Translations under genes and position numbers: made by a program
The notes under the pieces: model-generated
Databases searched by the model: none
Seen by the model: only the letters and a program-made list of their open reading frames with translations
Told to the model about the DNA's origin: nothing
Shown: piece by piece, positions 9,350 through 18,288 of the stretch
How the letters are laid out: every line of letters begins with the position of its first letter
How positions within the stretch are numbered: the stretch's first letter is position 1
Origin: Gemmatimonadota bacterium
GTDB lineage: Bacteria > Gemmatimonadota > Gemmatimonadetes > Gemmatimonadales > Gemmatimonadaceae
Reading direction: 5' to 3'
Assembly (NCBI GenBank): GCA_021324775.1
Contig: JAJPIM010000023.1
Location: 53,176-117,175 of the forward strand
Length of the DNA: 64,000 bases

Positions 9350-11194
9350 TTATTGCCCGGCAGCGGCGCGGGGAGCGGCCGCCAAGGGCATGAACAGACA
9401 ACTCGGATGCGCCGCGTCATGGAACACCTTGATAGTCGCCACGCGCGCATCTTCGATCCGCTCGTACCCGATGCGCCCGCCGGTGTTGTAGTTCTTCTGA
9501 TAACTCGGTGAGTTGAGCGGCGCGATCGTGAGCCGGAGCCGCGCCCCAGGGGGAATGCGGCGCGCCATCCAGTAGAACTCGAACGGGATTCCTGCGACCT
9601 GGCCAGGCTTGAGCAGCTCCTCCGTGAACGGACCATCCCGGAAGCGCGCGCGCCGGATATCCTCGCCAAGCCGGATCGTGGACCCGTCGGGCATCACCAT
9701 GAGCACCTGCGCCCAGAGATCGAAATCCGGCGTATTGGCTTCCGTCACCAACCGCAGTCGCATGTGCCCGGCCACCTCCATGTCGTGCGCCAACGGCTCG
9801 GAATGGAAGACGATCGCCCGCTTCTGATAGTCGCGGAACTGGCTCGTCAGGTCCTCATCCGGGACGTATTGCGCGAAGCTCAGCTCGGGAAGCTCGTGCG
9901 GATCGCTCACGATGATGGCGGGTGGCTGGACCCGCGGTGACGTCTGGACGAGTTCGCCAGCATGAAACACGTCTGGCGGTGTCCCCGCGGCGTCGGACAG
10001 ACAGAACGTCGCGTCGCTCCCCGATGATGCCGCCGCGAGCGATGGCGCATAGCGCCACTCGTTCGCTCCGAGCATGAAGTAGGCGACCTTGTCGCGGAAG
10101 AACCCGGGCTTGCCGCCCCGGCCAAGGATCCAGTCGTCCCAGTCCGCCTGAAAGCCGGGCATGTTCAGCACCGCGGCGTCAGGGATCGTGAGCCCCATGA
10201 TGGTCTTCGTTGGCCGCTGTGTTCCGCCATGGTCCCAGGGGCCGATGACCAGATAGGAGCGGTTCTCCGCCGGGGCGGGCGCGTGCGCCTCGTGGTTCCG
10301 GTAGTAGCGAAGCGCGCCCGGCTGATCGTCGTCGAAGTATCCGGTGGCGGTCAGCACAGGAAACGTCATCTGGGCGTAGTCCGCCGCCTTCGGCTCGGCA
10401 GCGAGATTGAACCCTTCATCTCCGACGTGATCCAGCCACACTTTGAACATCGACGCTTTTTGGCCCTGGCCGTCGAGCATCCACCAGTCGTCGGGCGCGA
10501 TGCCGATTGCGGAATCCAGCTCCCGGAATGGCTGGTACGCCGCGTATTGCTCGAGCATCTTGCCGTACCAGTAGTCCTGGCGCTGGATGAATCCCTCATT
10601 GAGCGACCGGCCAGCCGTGTAACCCAGGATGACGTTGGTCCACGCTTGCGGAATGCCATTGGTGTTCGGGATGTCCCACCCGGGATAGATCGGCACGTAC
10701 GGCGCGATCGCCGAGAGATGCGGGGGTATCTGTGCCGCGGTCCGCCACTGGGTCATGCCCACGTACGAGCCACCGTACATCACCACGTGCCCATCGCACC
10801 ACGGCTGCGCGGCGATCCACTCGACGGCATCGTGGCCATCGAGTCCCACCTGGAGTCCGAGGTTGTCGGTCTTCTCCCCGCCCGAGCGGCCGCGGCCACG
10901 CACGTACACCTGGACGAAGACATAGCCTCGCTTCACGAAGGTCGCGAACTCGCCCCGTCGCGCCCCATCGATGTCGTACTGCGTCAGTTCCAGCACGGCC
11001 GGCGCTTTGTCCGCCAGGTGCGCGGGTTTGAAGATCCAGGCTTCGAGCGACACGCCGTCGCGCATCGGAATCATCCGGCTCATCTCGATGTCGTAGTCCG
11101 GCCCGACGGCTGGTGCCTGTGCTCCGCTCGGCGTCGCGAGCACCAGCATCCCTGCCAGAGCGGCCAGCACGTTCGCGAAACCGGCACCGCGCAT
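9350..11194 (-). CDS. CocE/NonD family hydrolase (X-Pro dipeptidyl-peptidase S15-like), secreted
   Basis: Track ORF 9350..11257, trimmed to ATG 11194..11192, which follows AGGAGAA. Signal-like MRGAGFANVLAALAGMLVLATPSGAQA. Motifs: LTQYDIDG...GYVFVQVYVRGRGRSGG and GGSYVGMTQW. Confidence 0.8.
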   Translation of the reverse strand: MRGAGFANVLAALAGMLVLATPSGAQAPAVGPDYDIEMSRMIPMRDGVSLEAWIFKPAHLADKAPAVLELTQYDIDGARRGEFATFVKRGYVFVQVYVRGRGRSGGEKTDNLGLQVGLDGHDAVEWIAAQPWCDGHVVMYGGSYVGMTQWRTAAQIPPHLSAIAPYVPIYPGWDIPNTNGIPQAWTNVILGYTAGRSLNEGFIQRQDYWYGKMLEQYAAYQPFRELDSAIGIAPDDWWMLDGQGQKASMFKVWLDHVGDEGFNLAAEPKAADYAQMTFPVLTATGYFDDDQPGALRYYRNHEAHAPAPAENRSYLVIGPWDHGGTQRPTKTIMGLTIPDAAVLNMPGFQADWDDWILGRGGKPGFFRDKVAYFMLGANEWRYAPSLAAASSGSDATFCLSDAAGTPPDVFHAGELVQTSPRVQPPAIIVSDPHELPELSFAQYVPDEDLTSQFRDYQKRAIVFHSEPLAHDMEVAGHMRLRLVTEANTPDFDLWAQVLMVMPDGSTIRLGEDIRRARFRDGPFTEELLKPGQVAGIPFEFYWMARRIPPGARLRLTIAPLNSPSYQKNYNTGGRIGYERIEDARVATIKVFHDAAHPSCLFMPLAAAPRAAAGQ

Positions 11195-11394
11195 AAGTTC
11201 TCCTGTTAGTCCGTCCATACTGCCTGGGGTAGCGGCCATCGCCCTCGGCCGGGCCATGCCGCCAGCCTGCCGCTACCATTATCGAACTGACTTTGCCGCC
11301 GCGCTAGAACCTCCTCGGCGTGCTGCTGGCCGGAATCCGGAGGGCGGCGTATTATCGGATGCCGCACCCTCTCACTCGAGTTTCCGACATCGCC

Positions 11395-12903
11395 ATGCCA
11401 CAAATAGCTGCCAACGGCGCCCCTCCCACTCCTGCACGAGTGGTCCCGAATTATGTCGGCGGCCGATGGGCCGCTTCCGCGGCCACGGAGTTCGTGGATG
11501 TCGTCAATCCGGCGACGGCCGAAGTGATCGCTCGCACGCCGCTGTCGAGTGCGGCGGAGGTCGATGGCGCCGTCCAGGCCGCGCTGGCCGCGTTCCCCGC
11601 CTGGCGCCGGACCCCGCCGGGCGAACGCATCCAATTCCTGTTCAAGCTCAAGAATCTGCTCGACGAACACATCGATGAGCTGGCGCGGCTCATTACCGTC
11701 GAGAATGGCAAGACATTCGGGGAAGCCAAGGCGGAGATCCGGCGCGGGATCGAGAACGTCGAAGTCGCGTGCGGCATCCCGCTCATGATGCAGGGCTACA
11801 ACCTCGAAGACGTGACACCCGGCGTGGACGAGATGCAGATCCGCCAGCCACTGGGCGTCGTCGCCGCCATCACGCCGTTCAATTTCCCGGCGATGATCCC
11901 GTTCTGGTTCCTGCCCTACGCGATCGCCTGCGGCAATACACTGATCCTCAAGCCATCCGAGCGCGTTCCGCTCACGATGCGCCGAGCGTTCGAGTTGCTC
12001 GCGATGACCGGACTGCCGAACGGTGTGGTCAATCTCGTCAACGGCGGCCGCACCGTCGTGGACGCGCTGATCGATCACCCCGACGTCCGTGCGATCAGCT
12101 TCGTGGGATCCACACCGGTCGCGAAGCATGTCTACACACGTTCCGCGGCGAACGGCAAGCGCATGCAGTGCCAGGGCGGCGCCAAGAACCATGTCATCGT
12201 GCTCCCCGACGCCGACATGGACCTCGCGACGCAGATCATCGCCGACAGCGCCTTCGGGTGCGCGGGCCAGCGGTGCCTCGCGGTATCAGTCGCCGTGACG
12301 GTCGGCGATGCACAGCACACATTTCGTGATGCGATCGCCCGCGCAGCGTCCGGCATACGCATCGGGAATGGACTCGACACCGGCGTCCAGATGGGCCCCG
12401 TGATCACGCGAGAGAGCAAGGCGCGCATCGAGTCGCTGGTCGCCGCCGGCGTCCAGGAGGGCGCCAAGCCGGTGGTCGATGGCCGGAACGCACAGGTCGA
12501 TGGGTACGCGGAAGGCAACTTCGTCGCGCCGACCGTGCTCGACGGCCTGCCCGTAAGCAGCAGCCTCGCCCACACGGAGATCTTCGGCCCGGTGCTGAGT
12601 CTCGTGCATGCGAGCTCAATCGACGACGCCATGGAGTTCCTCCGCCGCAGTCCATTCGGCAACCAGGCGTCGCTCTTCACCACGAGTGGTGCGGCCGCCC
12701 GCCGCTTCCGCTACGAAGCCCCGGCGGGCAACATTGGCATCAACATCGGTGTTGCCGCACCCATGGCTTACTTCCCTTTCAGCGGCTGGAAGGAGAGCTT
12801 CTTCGGGATCCTGCATGGCCAGGGGCGCGACGCGGTCGAGTTCTATACAGAGTCGAAGGTCGTCATCGAGCGCTGGTCGCGGCAGGAGACTCGCAAGTTC
12901 TGA
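11395..12903 (+). CDS. mmsA: methylmalonate-semialdehyde dehydrogenase (CoA-acylating), aldehyde dehydrogenase family
   Basis: Track ORF 11320..12903; the likely start is MPQIAANG (ATG 11395). Contains NYVGGRW...[37 protein letters not shown] and the catalytic Cys context GCAGQRCLA. Confidence 0.8.
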   Translation: MPQIAANGAPPTPARVVPNYVGGRWAASAATEFVDVVNPATAEVIARTPLSSAAEVDGAVQAALAAFPAWRRTPPGERIQFLFKLKNLLDEHIDELARLITVENGKTFGEAKAEIRRGIENVEVACGIPLMMQGYNLEDVTPGVDEMQIRQPLGVVAAITPFNFPAMIPFWFLPYAIACGNTLILKPSERVPLTMRRAFELLAMTGLPNGVVNLVNGGRTVVDALIDHPDVRAISFVGSTPVAKHVYTRSAANGKRMQCQGGAKNHVIVLPDADMDLATQIIADSAFGCAGQRCLAVSVAVTVGDAQHTFRDAIARAASGIRIGNGLDTGVQMGPVITRESKARIESLVAAGVQEGAKPVVDGRNAQVDGYAEGNFVAPTVLDGLPVSSSLAHTEIFGPVLSLVHASSIDDAMEFLRRSPFGNQASLFTTSGAAARRFRYEAPAGNIGINIGVAAPMAYFPFSGWKESFFGILHGQGRDAVEFYTESKVVIERWSRQETRKF

Positions 12904-12929
12904 CGTAACTTCAGACGCAAGGGGTCGAA

Positions 12930-13397
12930 ATGCGTGTGATTCCGGTATGGGCGGCAATGCTCGTCATCTCGGCCGCGCCCATGGCCCGCGCGCAGATGTC
13001 AGCCGCTGGTGACAGCGATGTCTCCACGATCCGCGACCGTGAAAATGTGTGGGCCATCGCCATCGCGGAACGCGACTCCGGAGCGCTCGCTCCCATGCTC
13101 GCCCCGGAATACACGGTGCTGGCGAACGCGGGAGCGCCCGCTCAGTCCCGCGCCCAGGCCCTGCACGAAACGGCGTACCCTGTTGACCCGGCGCACCACG
13201 TCACTCACGTGACGTTCGATACGTTGAACATCCGCATGACGGCCCGCGATCGTGCGGTCGCGGAAGGAGTCGTCAGCGAAGTGGGTACCAATGCGAAGGG
13301 CCCGATCACCGAGCGCATCCGGTTTGTCGATACCTGGGTGCGCCGCCAGCATCGCTGGCTCTGCATCTCGTCGCTGTTTACGCCGGTGAAGAGCTAA
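12930..13397 (+). CDS. secreted SnoaL-like / DUF4440-type (NTF2-fold) protein
   Basis: Track ORF of 155 aa. Signal peptide MRVIPVWAAMLVISAAPMARAQ. The pattern DRENVWAIAIAERDSGALAPMLAPEY...WVRRQHRWLCISS is typical of NTF2-like DUF4440 proteins. Confidence 0.65.
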   Translation: MRVIPVWAAMLVISAAPMARAQMSAAGDSDVSTIRDRENVWAIAIAERDSGALAPMLAPEYTVLANAGAPAQSRAQALHETAYPVDPAHHVTHVTFDTLNIRMTARDRAVAEGVVSEVGTNAKGPITERIRFVDTWVRRQHRWLCISSLFTPVKS

Positions 13398-13398
13398 C

Positions 13399-13425
13399 AG
13401 AAGGGAGAGAGGAGAAAGGAGAGAC
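13399..13425 (+). repeat. polypurine (GA) intergenic element, copy 1
   Basis: agaagggagagaggagaaaggagagac, between convergent stops at 13397 and 13441. Contains GGAGAGAGGAGAAAGG (13404..13419), identical to 54055..54070. Confidence 0.8.
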
Positions 13426-13440
13426 CCTGCTCTCTACTCG

Positions 13441-14274
13441 TCACCGTTCGGCGACAACGAACACGTAGTCTCCAAGCGGATCGTCGCCGGCGGGTAAGAC
13501 CTCCGCGATCCGCCCGGACGCCACGTCGCGCCGCAGCTCTGCGCACCCTGTTGCCTCCTCGCTCGGCGGCGCCAGGTTGGCAAAACTCCACATCCCCGCC
13601 CGGATTGCGGGGCTGAGATAGAGCGACGGCCGATGTTTGCCGCTGTAGAGGAAGAGATCCTCGAGATCGGGCTTCACCGCGTACGGTTCGGTGCGAACCG
13701 TCGAAAACCCCGCTGTGTGGAGCGCATCGGTGATTCGGCCGATGGAATACGCTTGTCCCGCCGTCCGCTCGACGGTCTGCGGGAAATAGGCGCGAAGCCA
13801 GTAGCGCCGGATCTGCTCGGGCGTGGCCGTGAACAGCACGATCGGTCCGGCGCCCACCACCCGGCCCAGCTCCGCGATTGCGGCATCCAGATCCGCGAAA
13901 TACCGGAGCGCGAGCGTGCACGATGCGCCCGCAAATGCTGCGGGGGGGAAGGGAAGGCGTGTCACGTCTGCGACTGCCCATTCCGGAGCGTCGGGTCTCG
14001 CCTCTCCCGTGCTGAACCCCGGCTCCTGCCCGGGCGGCGGCGACGCCTTCCGCGCGGCGGCGGCGATCATGCGCGGCGAGTTGTCGACGCCTACGACCCG
14101 CACGCCGGCCGACGCGAACGCCATCGTGTAGTTGCCGGTGCCGCACGCGACGTCGAGATACCGCCCGGACTCCTGCGGATTGAGATGCGCCAGCAGGCGG
14201 GCCACGATGTACGAGTCCGCCCGCCGCGTCGAGTCGTATGCGCCGCCAATCCGGTCGTAGGGGGCGGCCGGCAT
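13441..14274 (-). CDS. class I SAM-dependent methyltransferase
   Basis: Track ORF 13441..14385, trimmed to MPAAPYDRIGGAYD (ATG 14274..14272). SAM motif I: YLDVACGTGNYTMAFASAGVRVVGVDNSPRMI. Confidence 0.8.
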   Translation of the reverse strand: MPAAPYDRIGGAYDSTRRADSYIVARLLAHLNPQESGRYLDVACGTGNYTMAFASAGVRVVGVDNSPRMIAAAARKASPPPGQEPGFSTGEARPDAPEWAVADVTRLPFPPAAFAGASCTLALRYFADLDAAIAELGRVVGAGPIVLFTATPEQIRRYWLRAYFPQTVERTAGQAYSIGRITDALHTAGFSTVRTEPYAVKPDLEDLFLYSGKHRPSLYLSPAIRAGMWSFANLAPPSEEATGCAELRRDVASGRIAEVLPAGDDPLGDYVFVVAER

Positions 14275-14409
14275 GCTACCTCGCTCCGAGGGCCAGAACC
14301 TCACCCGGTTCGGCCCGAATGCGGTTCGCCGTGTATGGCGCCATGGGTGAAGTGTGTGCGGGTGCCAGTTACCGGGCAACTCCAATCGGCGATTCTATAC
14401 ATTTGGGCG

Positions 14410-15195
14410 ATGCCCCCGAGAACGCACGAGGATTCCAGCGACATCGGCATCGTCGGAACCGGCCGCTTCGGGTCCTACTTTGCCACCCAGCTCGAACGCG
14501 CCGGACACCGGGTCCACCGCGCCGATATACGGGAAGAGCCCGCTTCACGCCAGGCATCGATGGTGCGCGCGTGCCGTTCGCCCCTGGTCATCTACGCGGT
14601 CCCCATCCGCGAGTTGGAGCACGCGATTACCGGGACGCGGGATCTGCTGGCACCGGACGCCACGGTCATGGATGTCTCGTCGGTCAAGATCGTGCCCTGC
14701 GCGCTGCTCGAGCGCCTGCTCCCGGGAATGGCCACCGTGGGCACGCACCCCTTGTTCGGCCCTCAGTCGGCGCCCGACACCTGCGCTGGCCAGCGTGCCG
14801 CGGTCTGTGCGATCGCCACCGGCACGGCCGCCAGCCAGGTCGCGGCGGCGCGGGCTGGGGACTTATTCGCGAGCCTGGGCGTCACGGTCGTCCGGTGCAC
14901 GCCCGTGGAGCACGACACACAAGTCGCCCGCACTCAGTTCCTCACGCACTTTATCGGGCGTGGCGCCATCCGAGCGGGCATCGACCGCCTGCCACTGTCC
15001 ACGAAGAGCCACGATGCGCTGATGGATATCGTCGATGTCGTCGGCAGTGACTCTATGGAGTTGTTCGAGGACATGGCGGCGTTCAACCCAATGGTCCGGC
15101 CGGTTCGCGTGGAGTTCCTCGCCGCCCTTCTCGACATCGATCGGCAGCTCGCCGTCGGCGAACGCGACTCCGCCGACGGGCAGGCCGGTCACTAA
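14410..15195 (+). CDS. prephenate/arogenate dehydrogenase family protein
   Basis: C-terminal 261 aa of track ORF 13633..15195; the upstream part is antisense to the methyltransferase. Contains the Rossmann motif IGIVGTGRFGSYF, then SVKIVPC...GTHPLFGP...EHD. Confidence 0.7.
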   Translation: MPPRTHEDSSDIGIVGTGRFGSYFATQLERAGHRVHRADIREEPASRQASMVRACRSPLVIYAVPIRELEHAITGTRDLLAPDATVMDVSSVKIVPCALLERLLPGMATVGTHPLFGPQSAPDTCAGQRAAVCAIATGTAASQVAAARAGDLFASLGVTVVRCTPVEHDTQVARTQFLTHFIGRGAIRAGIDRLPLSTKSHDALMDIVDVVGSDSMELFEDMAAFNPMVRPVRVEFLAALLDIDRQLAVGERDSADGQAGH

Positions 15196-15228
15196 TCGAA
15201 AGCAATACGAATAGTGCAGGAGGATGAC

Positions 15229-15819
15229 ATGAAGCGGACGAGGCGTTCACACGGGAAGACGACCGGCGCGAAAGCGGAGGAACAGGCCTCTCAGCGTAAG
15301 ATTATCGTCTACATAGCGACGAGTGCGGATGGGTATATCGCTCGTCCCGACGGCGACGTAGACTGGCTGAATCGGCCGCTGCCGAAAGGCGGATATGGTA
15401 TGGAGACCTTTGGGCGTTCTATCGACACGGTGCTTTGGGGACGAAAGACCTACGATTTCGCAGTCAAGATGGGCGGACTCGGCGCCTTTGGCAGGCTCAA
15501 ACACTATGTGTTCTCCCGCCAACCGGTTTCAGATCCACTTCCAGAAGCCGTGTTTGTTTCGGAGCCTATTCCGGAATTCGTGGCCAAGCTTCGGGGGCGA
15601 GAGGGCAGAAACATCTGGATGATGGGCGGAGCATCGATCATTGCTTCATTTCTAGACTCGGGGGCGATTGACGAATTCTCGATCCATGTCATCCCTGTGA
15701 TGATTGGCGAGGGGATTCCGCTGGTCGCTCCTCGCCACCGGAATATCCAGCTCGACTTGATCTCCACCCGTTCCTTCCCGGACGGTGTGGTGCACTTGAA
15801 TTACACCGTTCGGCGTTAA
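15229..15819 (+). CDS. dihydrofolate reductase family protein (RibD C-terminal domain)
   Basis: Track ORF 15214..15819. ATG 15229 is preceded by AGGAGG. Contains IIVYIATSADGYIARPDGDVDWL...LWGRKTY...WMMGGASI. Confidence 0.8.
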   Translation: MKRTRRSHGKTTGAKAEEQASQRKIIVYIATSADGYIARPDGDVDWLNRPLPKGGYGMETFGRSIDTVLWGRKTYDFAVKMGGLGAFGRLKHYVFSRQPVSDPLPEAVFVSEPIPEFVAKLRGREGRNIWMMGGASIIASFLDSGAIDEFSIHVIPVMIGEGIPLVAPRHRNIQLDLISTRSFPDGVVHLNYTVRR

Positions 15820-15911
15820 CGGGCAGATCGTAGCCCGACTGCGCGCTCAGACGTGGGGCCAACCGTTTGGGGCACCATGCTGTCCATAGTGAAGCTCTGG
15901 ACGGAAAGCCC

Positions 15912-17036
15912 ATGCGCATTCGGTGTCGTCAAATCGGTCGTGTCCTTTTGTGGTTCATCGTGAGTATCGCACCCAGTAGAGCACCCGGGCAGGACCGACC
16001 TCCGAGGGACTCAAGTCGTTTTTTCGTTATCGGGAAGCGTTTCGCGTATACGAGCGATCTTCCGGAGACACTGCTGGCCGGCCCGACGCAATCACCGAGG
16101 CATCAACCCGTCGCGCCTCCGGGAGTCATCGTCGATATCGGCGGCCAGCGGATTCATATGAATTGTACCGGTGCCGGATCACCCACCGTGTTGCTCGAAA
16201 GCGGTTTGGGCGACGTGTCGGTGATTTGGGCGCTCGTGCAACCAGGTGTGAGCGTGTTTACGCGGGTGTGCAGCTACGATCGCGGGGGATATGCATGGAG
16301 CGACCCGGGGGCGCGACCGCGCACTTTCGTTCAACTTTCGCTCGAGTTGCACACGGCACTTGATCGCTTGCATGTCGCCGGCCCGTACGTACTCGTCGGC
16401 CAGTCCTACGGAGGACTTCTCGTTCGCGGATTTGCTGCACGGTATCGACGCGAAATAGCCGGTATGGTTTTGGTGGACGCGGTGCACGAGGATCAGCGCG
16501 TTGTCTACGGAGGACAGCCGCACCGAATCAGGGATGGCGCCACGGGGCGGAAGGCTCCGCCGCCGCTGATCGCGCTGGACACGGCGCTCATCCGGGAGGC
16601 GCAGAGTGCGCCGGCGCATCCGATGACGACAGCGCTGGAGGCTCCGTTGAACCGAATGCCCGCCAGTGCGCAAGCCGCATGGCGTTGGGCGGAAGCGCAA
16701 CCATTGATTGGTTTGGCACAGCAGGCCGAGACTGACTGGTCGCCAGAGGAACTGCAGCGCATGCACGACGGGCGACTTCACGATCGGGCATCGCTAGGGG
16801 ATCTGCCATTGATCGTTCTGGCACGCACACGCGGCGGCTACGACGATGGCATGAGCATCTCAGCCGACAGCTTGGAAGAGGAGCGGCACAATTTTGCGGC
16901 TGACCTCGCGCGGCTGTCGCGCCGTGGCCGGTTGGTCTTCGCCGACCACTCCGGACACAATATTCATCTGGAGGCGCCGGATCTGGTCATTGCCTCGATT
17001 CGAGAAGTCGTCGCCGGAGCGAGAACGGCGCGATGA
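15912..17036 (+). CDS. alpha/beta hydrolase, probably secreted
   Basis: Track ORF 15867..17036. The likely start is MRIRCRQIGRVLLWFIVSIAPS. The nucleophile elbow VLVGQSYGG and the fold pattern GSPTVLLESGLGD...HSGHNIHLE are present. Confidence 0.75.
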   Translation: MRIRCRQIGRVLLWFIVSIAPSRAPGQDRPPRDSSRFFVIGKRFAYTSDLPETLLAGPTQSPRHQPVAPPGVIVDIGGQRIHMNCTGAGSPTVLLESGLGDVSVIWALVQPGVSVFTRVCSYDRGGYAWSDPGARPRTFVQLSLELHTALDRLHVAGPYVLVGQSYGGLLVRGFAARYRREIAGMVLVDAVHEDQRVVYGGQPHRIRDGATGRKAPPPLIALDTALIREAQSAPAHPMTTALEAPLNRMPASAQAAWRWAEAQPLIGLAQQAETDWSPEELQRMHDGRLHDRASLGDLPLIVLARTRGGYDDGMSISADSLEEERHNFAADLARLSRRGRLVFADHSGHNIHLEAPDLVIASIREVVAGARTAR

Positions 17037-17186
17037 CCGGGCACCATAGGCCGAACTGTCATGAGAAGGTAATGAACAGATTGGCGAACGCTTGGAGTGC
17101 CTATCACCGCGCCATTGCGATCGCACACCGCGCGGGCCGGTGGAGCTGAAACGACATCATTGCAGTTACCGAATTATGGGCCAGCG

Positions 17187-17215
17187 TTGACACTGACATT
17201 GGCCGCCAATACATT
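17187..17215 (+). promoter_or_regulatory. sigma70-type promoter candidate: TTGACA-17 nt-TACATT
   Basis: TTGACA at 17187..17192, a 17-nt spacer, then TACATT at 17210..17215. The GTG of the His-rich ORF lies 7 nt after the -10 hexamer. Confidence 0.5.
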
Positions 17216-17221
17216 CGGGTC

Positions 17222-17311
17222 GTGCTCGCCATCCAGCGCCATCACCATCATGTGCATCACCACGGCCCTTCGGGTCGCGGCGCGACGCGCGTGCATCGGA
17301 TGATCAGCTAG
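17222..17311 (+). CDS. hisL: his operon leader peptide candidate (29 aa, 7 His in 8 consecutive codons)
   Basis: Own reading: GTG CTC GCC ATC CAG CGC CAT CAC CAT CAT GTG CAT CAC CAC GGC ... TAG = (M)LAIQRHHHHVHHHGPSGRGATRVHRMIS*. It lies directly upstream of an intrinsic terminator and hisG, and is too short for the track. Confidence 0.75.
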   Translation: MLAIQRHHHHVHHHGPSGRGATRVHRMIS

Positions 17312-17345
17312 CACACTTCACACTCCGACCGTACCGCAACCGCCC

Positions 17346-17378
17346 CGGCCCGTCTATTCGACGGGCCGTTTTTGTTTT
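17346..17378 (+). terminator. intrinsic terminator / attenuator between the His leader and hisG
   Basis: Perfect 9-bp stem CGGCCCGTC / GACGGGCCG with loop TATTC, followed by TTTTTGTTTT. It ends 31 nt before the hisG ATG. Confidence 0.8.
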
Positions 17379-17409
17379 GCGCCCATACCCCGGCACCCAC
17401 CACACCACC

Positions 17410-18288
17410 ATGCTCCGCGTCGCTCTACCCAATAAAGGCCGTCTCGCCGAAGCCACCCGCGACCTGTTTGCCGATGCCGGCCTCGAGGTCCGCGGCCGCG
17501 GCGAACGCGCTCTCACGGCATCGCTCGGCGGTGAGTTCGAAGCGCTCTTCGTTCGCGCGCAGGATGTCACCGAGTTCGTCGCCGACGGCGTCGCCGATGC
17601 CGGTGTCACCGGGTGGGACCTGGTCGCCGAGTCGGACCGGCCGGTCGATCCACTGCTCGACCTCGAGTTCGGTTACTGCCGGCTCGTCGTCGCGGCACGA
17701 GAGGACAGCGGGATCCACGCCGTCGCCGATCTGAGGCCCGGTCCGGAAGCGCCGCACCGTGTCGCCACGAGCTTCCCCCGCATCACGCGCCGCTTCTTCT
17801 CCGACGCAGGCCGCGCTGTCGATGTCGTCCCGGTCTCGGGGGCCGCCGAGGTCGCGCCACACCTGGGGATCGCCGACATCGTCGTCGACCTGACGTCCAC
17901 CGGCTCGACCCTCAAGGTCAACGGCCTCCGCGAAGTCGCCACGATCCTCGACTCCTCGGCGCGCCTGATCACCGCCACGGGCCGCGACGCCGGCAACCTT
18001 GGCGTCGCCGCGCCGCTGGATGAACTCGTCGCGGCCCTCGCCTCCGTCCTCCGCGCACGGGGACAGCGATACCTCATGGCCAATGTCCCGCGCAACGCGC
18101 TCGATCGGGTCAAACAGATCCTTCCCGGACTGAATGGCCCCACCGTCACCGACATCCTCAACGGCGGCGACCTCGTGGCCGTCCACGCGGTCGTACCCGC
18201 TGCTTCGGTCTATCGCACCATCGCCGCACTCAAGGCCCTGCAGGCCACCGGTGTTCTCGTGACGAGGATCGAGAGGTTGATGCCATGA
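17410..18288 (+). CDS. hisG: ATP phosphoribosyltransferase, long form
   Basis: Track ORF 17377..18288. ATG 17410 gives MLRVALPNKGRL...; DLTSTGSTLKVNGL is present, and there is a C-terminal regulatory domain. Confidence 0.9.
   Translation: MLRVALPNKGRLAEATRDLFADAGLEVRGRGERALTASLGGEFEALFVRAQDVTEFVADGVADAGVTGWDLVAESDRPVDPLLDLEFGYCRLVVAAREDSGIHAVADLRPGPEAPHRVATSFPRITRRFFSDAGRAVDVVPVSGAAEVAPHLGIADIVVDLTSTGSTLKVNGLREVATILDSSARLITATGRDAGNLGVAAPLDELVAALASVLRARGQRYLMANVPRNALDRVKQILPGLNGPTVTDILNGGDLVAVHAVVPAASVYRTIAALKALQATGVLVTRIERLMP

Noticed and set aside
13633-14409. N-terminal 259 codons of track ORF 13633..15195
   Set aside because: This part is antisense to the SAM methyltransferase. The recognisable prephenate dehydrogenase begins at the in-frame ATG 14410.
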